From: a virus
Taxonomy: Duplodnaviria > Caudoviricetes
Direction: 5' to 3' (one strand)
DNA length: 59,449 nt
Virus record (IMG/VR): IMGVR_UViG_3300020202_000084
Span: 1 to 59,449 of that record
Made by a program: the position numbers and the translations under genes. The number at the start of each line of letters is the position of its first letter. The first letter of the stretch is position 1. The notes beneath the pieces are model-generated. The model did not search any database, was not told the origin of the DNA, and saw nothing but the letters and a program-made list of their open reading frames with translations. Below, piece after piece: positions 9,659-18,185 of this stretch.

Positions 9659-9744
9659 TGAGTGTCTGGGTTTTAGTTGGTTTACTAGTTATTGCCGTTT
9701 TTCTTTTAGTCGCGTTGCCGCTTTATCTAGGATTGAGAAAATGA
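9655..9744 (+). CDS. 29-aa single-pass membrane peptide
   Basis: MMSVWVLVGLLVIAVFLLVALPLYLGLRK; ATGA overlaps with both neighbours. Confidence 0.65.
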   Translation: MMSVWVLVGLLVIAVFLLVALPLYLGLRK

Positions 9745-10322
9745 AACTCTGGTCCCCACAGGCCATTGCTACAATCGACATGCTCTATTGCCTAGTGGCT
9801 GGGCTAATTGTGCTGATGGCGGAGCCCTCTCCTAAGATTGCCGCCGCAGACAAGCCCATCTGTCAGCTGGCTGTGGATGTTAGCTGGCCCAATGGAACTC
9901 CGGTGGATGTAGACCTGTGGGTGAGGGCACCTAGTGACAAACCTGTTGGGTATTCCGCCAAGGATGGGGCTGTCTTTAATCTGGTGAGGGATGATCTTGG
10001 GACTATTTACACGGCTGACGAAAGCAACTCTGAGAGAGCTTGTGCTCGCTTCCTTGCTGATGGCGAGTGGGTTGTTAATCTGCATCTATACAATTCCGGG
10101 ATTGATCCCCCTATTCCGGTGGATATTACCGTTTCCCTTGTTGATCCATCGGCAGCTACCATGACCCCTATCTTAGAACGTCATGTAGTCCTCCAGAAGA
10201 AGGGGCAGGAACTTACTGTAATAAGGTGGAAGATGAAGGACGGGAGAGTAGTGTCCGGTAGTGAACACGATATCCCTGTGCCATTGCGGCATGGGAGTAA
10301 TAATCCAGGAGTGCACCCATGA
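9741..10322 (+). CDS. MotB/ExbD-like single-TM protein with YfaP/DUF2135-like periplasmic domain
   Basis: TM helix starting with Asp (TIDML); VSWP...DVDLWVRAP, RDDLG, NxE, GEWVVNLHLY. Confidence 0.6.
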   Translation: MKLWSPQAIATIDMLYCLVAGLIVLMAEPSPKIAAADKPICQLAVDVSWPNGTPVDVDLWVRAPSDKPVGYSAKDGAVFNLVRDDLGTIYTADESNSERACARFLADGEWVVNLHLYNSGIDPPIPVDITVSLVDPSAATMTPILERHVVLQKKGQELTVIRWKMKDGRVVSGSEHDIPVPLRHGSNNPGVHP

Positions 10323-10365
10323 CCACGCAAGAGGATGCCTTGCTGCCGTGCCATAGGAGGATGAG

Positions 10366-10548
10366 ATGAAACACGCTGTTCACCGCACCAGTCCGAAGGG
10401 GCCTGGCCAGAAGTTCATCGGCCGATGTGTCAACTGCGGGATGCAGAACCTACCAGCATCGGCGGCGCTTGAGGACTGTCCGAACTTGCGCGGCGTCACT
10501 CAGGATGAGGCGCTGATCGAGGCTATCACCGGAGAGACCCATGAGTGA
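10366..10548 (+). CDS. small Cys-containing hypothetical protein
   Basis: SD GGAGG; CxxC. Confidence 0.6.
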   Translation: MKHAVHRTSPKGPGQKFIGRCVNCGMQNLPASAALEDCPNLRGVTQDEALIEAITGETHE

Positions 10549-11215
10549 TGGGCTTCTGGCGTGTCCCTGCTGCGGAGAGCCTGATTGTTTCACAGATATG
10601 GCTGAAGCTGTTGCCGCATGGAATAGTCGCGTCACCCCGCCAGTCGGACAGGCGGCGGATGTGGAGCGGCTACCGGAATGGCAGCGCGATTTTGTCCGAA
10701 GACTGCAGAATATTTCGGACGCTGGATTGAAGATAACGCAGTCCGAGGCTCGCATGCTGCTGGCGATTATGCAGTCTGCCCTCGCCCCCACACCCCAGGC
10801 TCCCGCATCGCAGGAGGTGGAAAAGATGGTGACGGCGCTTGAGCACATTTACAAAAACCACTGTGCCAGTAGGTGTCTCATAGAAGCCGCCACGATGCTG
10901 CGCCGCCTCGATGCGGAGCGTGGTGAGTTGTTGGCGGAATGCCAAGCTGTGGGAGCACATAACATGGAGCAGGCCATAACCATAGCTAACCTCACCGCCC
11001 AGCTGCGGGCCGCGTCTCAGGCTGACGTGCGGAGCGCGCTGGAACCGTTGCTTACGCAGGTCGAAGAAGAAGAGAATCGTGTTTGGGCGCGGCGCTATGA
11101 TGAACCACAGGACGCAGAAACGCTATTCGTCAAACTTACATGGGAACAGGTTAATACGATCAAAGCCGCCCTATCCACCCTCCCAACAGCCGCAGCCGTG
11201 GAGAAGAAGTCGTGA
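10541..11215 (+). CDS. mosaic protein with Lar-like N-terminus
   Basis: LLACPCCG...EAVAAWNSR resembles Lar (restriction alleviation) family ends; GC-rich. Confidence 0.5.
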   Translation: MSDGLLACPCCGEPDCFTDMAEAVAAWNSRVTPPVGQAADVERLPEWQRDFVRRLQNISDAGLKITQSEARMLLAIMQSALAPTPQAPASQEVEKMVTALEHIYKNHCASRCLIEAATMLRRLDAERGELLAECQAVGAHNMEQAITIANLTAQLRAASQADVRSALEPLLTQVEEEENRVWARRYDEPQDAETLFVKLTWEQVNTIKAALSTLPTAAAVEKKS

Positions 11216-11640
11216 CCCTTTCCATCCTCGCCTTCATACTTGCTGTAGTTCTTCTCGGTATTCACACCTTTGTTGTTCTCCCTACCCATGGATGGAGGAA
11301 ATATGCTGGTTCTATCGGCTTCAGTATTGTTTGCCTCTCTGCTCTATTTGGTTTTTCACAAACACTTGGGAGCTGTCTCCCTGAATTTGCAGCCAAAGGC
11401 ACTAAGATGGATGTGCTGGCTATTCTTTATGATCAACCTAATCATATTTATCTATGGGGTATTGATGGGAATAGTCCAAAGTGTGTAGCTCTCCCTTGGA
11501 ATGAAGAGCAGGCTATCCAGATCAGAGGCCATGAAGGGGACGGGGAGCAACTAGAATATGTCTGGGGAGATGGCCCAGAGAGTGAAGGGGCGGTGCATCC
11601 CAAGCCGCAGGAAGCTTTGCCACCGAAGGATATGCAATGA
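11212..11640 (+). CDS. membrane protein, probable third partner of the MotA/MotB-like module
   Basis: Two TM helices; IYLW...P..V.LPW motif. Confidence 0.55.
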   Translation: MTLSILAFILAVVLLGIHTFVVLPTHGWRKYAGSIGFSIVCLSALFGFSQTLGSCLPEFAAKGTKMDVLAILYDQPNHIYLWGIDGNSPKCVALPWNEEQAIQIRGHEGDGEQLEYVWGDGPESEGAVHPKPQEALPPKDMQ

Positions 11641-11831
11641 ATCGATTACCAGAAGAGCCTACTAAGAGGATGATCTTGGCAGGAGAAACAGAGTTAGAGA
11701 ACTGTATGGATACAGACTACGACTCCTGTGAGGATGGGGGTTGTTATCAATATACTACTGTGCACAGCGATGCGCCAGCTAAGATATGGCGAGCAATGGT
11801 GAAGGCTTGGCAGGAAGAGTGTGACGAATGA
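11637..11831 (+). CDS. hypothetical protein
   Basis: Coupled ORF, P.EPT..M..AG motif. Confidence 0.6.
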   Translation: MNRLPEEPTKRMILAGETELENCMDTDYDSCEDGGCYQYTTVHSDAPAKIWRAMVKAWQEECDE

Positions 11832-12049
11832 GAAACCCAAACCCAGTAATCAACAAGCGCACTCCCAACGGTAGGACCCTCTCGCACCTTACCAAGATTG
11901 ACGAGAAGAATGACCGTTACGAATACTACCACGCCACTAAAGGGTGGCGGTCTAGGCGTGCAATGGGTAAGGACGACTACCAGCTGAGGGAAGAACAAAA
12001 TGTCACCAAAGATACTAAGTCCTCTGAGGGACCCTCGCCCACACCGTAA
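11828..12049 (+). CDS. hypothetical protein
   Basis: Coupled ORF, HATKGWR motif. Confidence 0.55.
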   Translation: MRNPNPVINKRTPNGRTLSHLTKIDEKNDRYEYYHATKGWRSRRAMGKDDYQLREEQNVTKDTKSSEGPSPTP

Positions 12050-12313
12050 AGACTGGCGCTGGCAGTATTGCCGGTTAGGCGTAATGAACGACTATGAACC
12101 AAAGAACTCCATCCCAGATATTATTGATAGGGTGTGGAGTGATCGTAAGGAAGAAGAAAGGTGGAGGAATCAAAAGCGTGCTTTCGAATGGAAAGAGCGC
12201 TTGAGATGGATTTAGAAAATTCTCCTACACGATTTGATTATTGGATTACTCGTATATGTGTCCCGCTGATTATTCTATCAGCACTACTTGAAATTTTTAT
12301 TTAAGGAACTATA

Positions 12314-13978
12314 TTGGGAAGTTGCGTGGAGAAGTTGCCGCATAAGACGGCGACTTGCGATAGCAGCGATGCGCTGCAAGTGTTTGTAGAGGACGGGAAG
12401 TATACTGGTTATTGTTTTAGTTGCCACACCTACGTGCCCGATCCTTATGGGGGCAATCCCCCCAAATCTCTCCCCCCTAAGATCACTAAGACGCCAGAGC
12501 AGATTGAGGCAGAGCTTCAAGAAATCGATGAGCTAGTTGCTGTTGATCTTCCTGACCGTGTTCTCCGTAAAGAAACCCTAGACTATTTCGGTATTAAGGT
12601 AGCTGTCTCAGAAGAGGACGGTAAGACACCTACTGCCCACTTCTATCCCTACACCAAGCAGGGTAAGAGGGTGGGATATAAGGGCCGAGTAGTGGAGACA
12701 AAACAGTTCTTCGCTGTTGGCAACACTAAGGGCGACGTGGACCTGTTCGGTTGGCAGCAGGCTATTGCCTCTGGAGCAAAACGACTCATCATCACAGAAG
12801 GAGAGTTGGATGCCCCGTCAGTCTTCCAAGCCCTCAAAGACAAGAATCGAAATACTCAATATGCTGATCGTAACCCAGCCGTTGTGTCACTCATCAATGG
12901 TAGCGGGAGTGCAGGCAAGGCTCTTGCAGATAAAGCAGCAGAAATCAGGGCGCACTTTGAAGAAGTAATTCTCGCCTTCGATATGGACAAGCCAGGTAAG
13001 GAAGCTACCACAGCTGCCCTGCTGTCTTATCCCACAGCCAAGTCTGTTGTCCTTCCTGATCATGACCCTAACAAGTGTTTGCAAGAGGGCAAGGCATTGG
13101 CTCTGGCTAATGCTGTATTGTTCCGAGCAGACGCTCCGAAGAACACTAGGCTGGTCTGGGGGCCTACACTTTACGCCGAGGCTAAGAAGCCTGCTGAATG
13201 GGGCCTGTCATATCCTTGGCCTACTCTCACTAGGCTCACCCGAGGGATGCGTTACGGAGAAACGCACTATTGGGGCGCTGGTGTGAAGATGGGGAAGTCC
13301 ACACTAGTGGACGAATTGGCTGCCCACTTCATGATGGAGCATGGACTGCGAGTGTTCCTCGCTAAGCCCGAAGAAGCCAACCCCAAGACAGTCAAGAAGA
13401 TACTCGGCACTGTCGCTAGCCGGGTGTTCCATGATCCTACTGTAGAGTTTGACCATGAGGCATACGATGAAGCAGCCAAGAAGGTTGGAGACAAGCTGTG
13501 TATGCTGTCTCTCTATCAGCAACTTGATTGGCAGATACTCAGACAAGATATCGTCGCAGCAGTCAATGCCGGATGCAAAGTTGTCTTTATTGATCCCATT
13601 ACCAACCTCACGAATGGCATCTCAGCAGGAGAGGCAAATACGGAATTGCAAGGTATTGCTCAGGACTTGTCCGCGCTGTCTATGGACCTTAACTTTGCCG
13701 CGCATATCTTCTGCCACTTGAAGGCCCCTACCTCTGGCGACCCTCATGAGCGTGGAGGGGAAGTGCTTTCCAATCAGTTTGCTGGCAGCCGTGCCATGAT
13801 GCGCTCATGCAATTACATGATTGGCATGGAAGGCAACAAGCATCCTAACTTGACCGAGGAAGAGCGCAACTGTCGTGACCTTGTCATTCTGGAGGATAGA
13901 GAATTTGGGGCTAGTGGCAAGGTGCCTCTCTATTATAACCCAAAGACTGGAAGATTGTTAGAACGACCGGAGGGATAG
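12314..13978 (+). CDS. T7-like DNA primase-helicase
   Basis: N-terminal Zn finger (CFSC), TOPRIM ITEGELD and FDMD, Walker A GAGVKMGKST, FIDPIT; TTG start with SD AAGGA. Confidence 0.95.
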   Translation: MGSCVEKLPHKTATCDSSDALQVFVEDGKYTGYCFSCHTYVPDPYGGNPPKSLPPKITKTPEQIEAELQEIDELVAVDLPDRVLRKETLDYFGIKVAVSEEDGKTPTAHFYPYTKQGKRVGYKGRVVETKQFFAVGNTKGDVDLFGWQQAIASGAKRLIITEGELDAPSVFQALKDKNRNTQYADRNPAVVSLINGSGSAGKALADKAAEIRAHFEEVILAFDMDKPGKEATTAALLSYPTAKSVVLPDHDPNKCLQEGKALALANAVLFRADAPKNTRLVWGPTLYAEAKKPAEWGLSYPWPTLTRLTRGMRYGETHYWGAGVKMGKSTLVDELAAHFMMEHGLRVFLAKPEEANPKTVKKILGTVASRVFHDPTVEFDHEAYDEAAKKVGDKLCMLSLYQQLDWQILRQDIVAAVNAGCKVVFIDPITNLTNGISAGEANTELQGIAQDLSALSMDLNFAAHIFCHLKAPTSGDPHERGGEVLSNQFAGSRAMMRSCNYMIGMEGNKHPNLTEEERNCRDLVILEDREFGASGKVPLYYNPKTGRLLERPEG

Positions 13979-13979
13979 A

Positions 13980-14171
13980 ATGGATTGGTATGAGAATCGT
14001 GATGAACTAAGTCCCGATCAGGTCTTTCTCACACAGAACGGCAGCCTTGTAAAATTAGATCGCCCTGTGCCGGGAGACTCCACTAAATGGTATGTCGCCG
14101 ACTGGTGGAATGGTAGTTGGGCTTATATGGACAGCACAATTGAACCCGGAGACTTAAAGGAGATGCTATGA
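13980..14171 (+). CDS. hypothetical protein
   Basis: SD GGAGGG; VKLDR.VPGD.TKW motif. Confidence 0.6.
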   Translation: MDWYENRDELSPDQVFLTQNGSLVKLDRPVPGDSTKWYVADWWNGSWAYMDSTIEPGDLKEML

Positions 14172-14276
14172 AGCTAGCCCACTATCAATGCTGCCAGTGC
14201 TTTCATGAATTTACTGGACCGCCTGGCCCCATCACTTGTCCCAATTGTAATTTCATTTATGTGAAGTGGACTAATT

Positions 14277-14813
14277 ATGACACTGACTTTGGTCGTGGAC
14301 AATCACGCGACACAAGCCCAGACGTATCAGACAATCGAGAAACACTACAGGGCAAACTCGGAGAACTTGGTGAGCAAATACAGCAAGTTCTTAAACTCGA
14401 AGGAACGGGCTGAGGATGTTGTGCAGGAGGCATATACAGCCGCTCTGCACTACTGGCCAGCTGCGCCTAGCAATCCTACAGAGTTTTCCAAGTGGTTCGC
14501 TACCATCCTAGGTAATTGCCTGAAGGCCAATCATAGGGATGAGATTACCAAGGGCACTACCAATCGTGAAGAGAACGACAGCACTGAAGAGGGGATGGAG
14601 GGAGCAGCTATTCCTTCTATCATTTTTAAGCAGGTTGTCTCTCGAATGAATTCCAAGTCAGAGGGACCTGCTCGCATCCTTCATCTTGCGCTAGTCCAGC
14701 AAGACCGTCCAGCAGAGATTGCAGCGGTCACAGGGCAGAGCGAGGAAGCAATCAGGCAGACGGTGAGCAGATTCCGGAAAGAGATCAGAGAGGAATTTGG
14801 GTGGGAGATATGA
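14277..14813 (+). CDS. phage sigma-70 ECF-like sigma factor
   Basis: Region 2 AEDVVQEAY...FSKWFATILGN; region 4 HTH PAEIAAVTGQSEEAIRQTVSR. Confidence 0.85.
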   Translation: MTLTLVVDNHATQAQTYQTIEKHYRANSENLVSKYSKFLNSKERAEDVVQEAYTAALHYWPAAPSNPTEFSKWFATILGNCLKANHRDEITKGTTNREENDSTEEGMEGAAIPSIIFKQVVSRMNSKSEGPARILHLALVQQDRPAEIAAVTGQSEEAIRQTVSRFRKEIREEFGWEI

Positions 14814-15015
14814 AGATAGATGTAATGCCAGGAGCCGAGGCTTTCATTTCTACTATGGATGCTCTACGTCCTGAGCCAGAACCTAATTGGCGCAGTATGT
14901 ATGAGCAATTGCGCCAAGCCGCCGAAAAGGTTTTCGATGCAAAGGGCAGGTATCATACGCAATTAGCTATGTGCGAACTTGGGGAACTTATTGGAAAAAA
15001 GGTAACACGTCCGTA

Positions 15016-15246
15016 ATGGTTAAACTTATTGAACCTCTCGACCTTATGCTTAAGGACATCCTGCCGTATTGCCAGCAGTTTATCCAGAGCAAGCTTCAGA
15101 CTCCAGTTGATATCATTTTCATTACGAAGGTGGGAGATCAGGTGCAGATGCGAGACACCTTCACGAAGGACTCCGTCGATATGCAGATTATGATGTTGGA
15201 TGGCATTCTCGCTTCGCTTAGGGCTAAGAAGATTGTGGTGAACTGA
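15016..15246 (+). CDS. hypothetical protein
   Basis: TAATG coupling. Confidence 0.5.
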   Translation: MVKLIEPLDLMLKDILPYCQQFIQSKLQTPVDIIFITKVGDQVQMRDTFTKDSVDMQIMMLDGILASLRAKKIVVN

Positions 15247-15425
15247 TGAAGCGCTACATGGTCCTAGCTGGAGAAAGCTATTATCCAAGTGGTTTCGATG
15301 ACTACTTAGGTATGTATGTCACTCTAGAAGAAGCTCACGAAGCAGGTAAGACGGCTGTAACGAAGAAGGGTTGGTTTGTAGAAGAAGAGAAGGTGGTATA
15401 TCCTGTTAAAGATAGCTACGTTTGA
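15246..15425 (+). CDS. hypothetical protein (59 aa)
   Basis: MKRYMVLAGESYYPSGFDDYLG...; TGATG coupling. Confidence 0.55.
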   Translation: MKRYMVLAGESYYPSGFDDYLGMYVTLEEAHEAGKTAVTKKGWFVEEEKVVYPVKDSYV

Positions 15426-17316
15426 CACAGAAACAGACGGGCTATTAGAAGAAGCTACAGTAGTTCATTGTATAGTAATTCTGGACCACTCTGGTAAGAA
15501 GATATACACCTACCGTCCAGATGAAATTGAGAATGCTATTGTTCATCTGAGCTCGTTTGATGTCCTGATTGGACACAATTCCATCGGGTATGACTTTCCT
15601 CTCTTGCGTAAGCTGTATGGCTGGGAATTTACAGGTGAGAAGATCGATACGCTTCTCATGTCCCGTATGCAGCGACCCGAACGCAAACTCCCCCCTATGT
15701 GTCCCAAGTTCGATGCTCATGGAAAGCCCACTGGTCCACACAGTGTGCTGGCATGGAGCTACCGACTTGGAGGTAACCTGAAGCTAGATCACGAGGACTG
15801 GTCTCAATTTAGCGAGGACATGTTAGCTCGCTGTGTGCGTGACTGTGAACTTCAATACGATATTTACGAGGCCCTTCTAGAAGAAGGGAAGGATGAGGGC
15901 TGGGAACGTGCTCACAAACTCAATCATAAGCTCTTCCACTATCTCCAGATGCAGGAGGAATATGGTTGGCTTATTGACAAGAAATGGTTCGAGTTCTGCA
16001 TCAGGGTGCTGGATAGATACATTGCCCTCATTGACAAGAGGGTGGTCCCGCAGCTGCCGTTGGTGACGGAGATTCTAGAGACTAAAAAGGACGGCGAATA
16101 TGGATACATCCGAAAGCCATTCAAAAAGGATGGCAGTTATTCGGAAGCTGCTAAGGAATTTCTCGGAGAGCGAGTTACGGATTGTGCTGGGCCTTTCTCT
16201 CGAATGGAGTTTCGCCCGACCGATATTAACTCAAATTCGGAAACAAAAGATTTCCTATTAGCCCAAGGCTGGGAGCCTGCTGAATGGAACACCAATAACG
16301 AAGGCAAGCGCACTTCTCCTAAGCTCTCTAAGGATGATCCCTTTGAGGGTATTGAGGGTGAGCTAGGCCGGGCTGTTGCTAGACGTGTCCAAGCCAGACA
16401 TCGCAAGAGCCAGATTACAGGCTGGCTAGAGGGCATTAGACCCGATGGCAGGTTGACACCTGAAGTGGGTGGAGTGGCCACCACAGGCCGTCTAAAGCAC
16501 AAGAACATTGTGAATGTCCCGAACACTGACAGCTTCTTCGGAAAGCAGATGCGTAAGGGATTTATCTGTAAGCCTGGCTGGGTGCTGGTTGGCACGGACA
16601 GCAAGGGCAATCAGATGCGTCAGCTGATTGGTAGGTTGAAGGCATTGGATGGAGTAGGGGACACAGCACTAGAACAAGCTGAGTTGAATGGAAAGAAGGA
16701 ACTTGGAACCGACACCCATACGCTTAACCAGAAGCGAAGCGGAGTGGCTACTAGAACTCTTGCTAAGAACTTCTTCTATGGATGTATCCTCTTTGGAGCA
16801 GGTGATAAGAAAACTGCTAAAATCCTTGGGAGCAACATTGAGCGAGCCCGAGAAAAGAAAGCTGAGTTCTTCAATGAAATGCCGCTCCTTCGACGTTTGC
16901 TAGATACGGAGATAGAGAAGTGGAGAAACACTGCTAACAAGTGGTGGGATAAGCGCCGACAGAAATGGAATTACGAGAATGGCTATATCACTGGTCTGGA
17001 TGGCCGCCCCATCCTTGTCCAATACGAGAAGGACATCCTCGTTTATTACTTGCAGTCCGATGAAGCTATTCAAATGGCCGCTGCCTATTGTGTTCTTCAT
17101 AAGTGGTTGGAGCGGGCTGGTTATAAATGGAAAGAGGATTACGGTTTTGTCATTTGGATGCATGACGAATATGTCATCGAATGCAGAGAGGAAATAGCAG
17201 AGCATGTCGCAGAACTATCTCGCAGGGCTATTGCGTGGGCTGGGGAGTATTTTCGGATACAGTGCCCGCACGAAGGAGCGAGCAAGATCGGGAAGAACTG
17301 GAAAGAAGTGCACTAA
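15403..17316 (+). CDS. polA: family A DNA polymerase with 3'-5' exonuclease (non-canonical CTG/ATC start)
   Basis: ExoI FDTETDGL and ExoII GHNSIGYD lie in frame upstream of the track ORF (15604); TGRL, motif A DSKGNQMR, motif B RTLAKNFFYG, motif C MHDE. Confidence 0.92.
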   Translation: MLKIATFDTETDGLLEEATVVHCIVILDHSGKKIYTYRPDEIENAIVHLSSFDVLIGHNSIGYDFPLLRKLYGWEFTGEKIDTLLMSRMQRPERKLPPMCPKFDAHGKPTGPHSVLAWSYRLGGNLKLDHEDWSQFSEDMLARCVRDCELQYDIYEALLEEGKDEGWERAHKLNHKLFHYLQMQEEYGWLIDKKWFEFCIRVLDRYIALIDKRVVPQLPLVTEILETKKDGEYGYIRKPFKKDGSYSEAAKEFLGERVTDCAGPFSRMEFRPTDINSNSETKDFLLAQGWEPAEWNTNNEGKRTSPKLSKDDPFEGIEGELGRAVARRVQARHRKSQITGWLEGIRPDGRLTPEVGGVATTGRLKHKNIVNVPNTDSFFGKQMRKGFICKPGWVLVGTDSKGNQMRQLIGRLKALDGVGDTALEQAELNGKKELGTDTHTLNQKRSGVATRTLAKNFFYGCILFGAGDKKTAKILGSNIERAREKKAEFFNEMPLLRRLLDTEIEKWRNTANKWWDKRRQKWNYENGYITGLDGRPILVQYEKDILVYYLQSDEAIQMAAAYCVLHKWLERAGYKWKEDYGFVIWMHDEYVIECREEIAEHVAELSRRAIAWAGEYFRIQCPHEGASKIGKNWKEVH

Positions 17317-17431
17317 GCATAGTCCCTATATTTGTATAGATCGACAGCTTAGGTGCTTTGATTGCAAGTCTATTTATACGTCTGGGGTGTGGGTGGACGA
17401 CCAAACCTATTAATAGAATTTAAGCGAGACC

Positions 17432-17467
17432 GTCACAATACCCCTCAATTTAGTCTTATACTATATG
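17432..17467 (+). promoter_or_regulatory. phage-sigma promoter motif
   Basis: GTCACA-N12-TTAGTCTTA-TACTATATG immediately before SD AAGGAG. Confidence 0.65.
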
Positions 17468-17481
17468 TAAGGAGAACATGC

Positions 17482-17745
17482 ATGTGTCTTACTGACATGC
17501 AAGGAACGTTTGTTGCCATCTTGGACAACATGTCCGGCAGAGCCACTAACAAGGCCATGAAGCAGGAACTTGGCTGGGAAGAGGGCCAATATCTACAGGT
17601 GCGCTCTGAGCTAGTTAAAGCCGGTGTCATCCAGCTGGGCCGTTGCCGGGGTGGCATGGTGATGTTTAAGGAACCAGATGAACAATCCGATTACCCGGCT
17701 ATGGGAGCAGCGAGCACTGTTGCCGATCCCTTCCCCAAATTCTAG
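17482..17745 (+). CDS. winged-helix DNA-binding protein (paralog of 58365-58721)
   Basis: G.A.N..MKQELGW...L.K.GV...GR..GG pattern. Confidence 0.65.
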   Translation: MCLTDMQGTFVAILDNMSGRATNKAMKQELGWEEGQYLQVRSELVKAGVIQLGRCRGGMVMFKEPDEQSDYPAMGAASTVADPFPKF

Positions 17746-17834
17746 CGAATTAGAGTTGCTAGATTTCCTCGATGGGATGCTAGATGGCTACCATCATATT
17801 ATGAACCAAGAACTAGGAGCGATAGACGATAAAA

Positions 17835-18041
17835 ATGTTTAAGACTAAAACTGCTGACCAGATTATGTCTGGCTTTACTAAGGTGTTTAAGGAGCTTGAG
17901 CAAGCTGCTGTGAAGGCTCAGGCTGAGGCTGATCGTGAGGAAGCTGAGGCCGCGGCTGCTCGCCAGCGTGCTGAGGCTGCTAAGGACGAAGTGGCTAAGG
18001 CTACTAAGTTCAAGGCTAAGCTGGAAGCGCTGTTTGCCTAA
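17835..18041 (+). CDS. small coiled-coil protein
   Basis: Ala/Glu/Lys-rich ORF. Confidence 0.7.
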   Translation: MFKTKTADQIMSGFTKVFKELEQAAVKAQAEADREEAEAAAARQRAEAAKDEVAKATKFKAKLEALFA

Positions 18042-18185
18042 TGACTGATTACGAATACAAACACATTATGCTGCTTGAGCGTATTGCTAACGCTCTCGAA
18101 GAACAAAACCGATATACTGCCGATTTTGAAGAGCGTTCTAAAGCTCGACATGAGGCAGAAATGAAATATCTTAAGGAGAATACTG

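Noticed and set aside
11640-12314. Genome-wide stop-codon recoding suggested by frequent TAG/CTAG
   Set aside because: Core genes are intact under code 11, and TAG ends genes at the expected positions (primase, SSB)
14168-14413. 81-aa Zn-ribbon ORF overlapping the sigma gene
   Set aside because: The N-terminal CxxC..CxxC half may be real, but the long overlap with the sigma gene leaves it too uncertain to call
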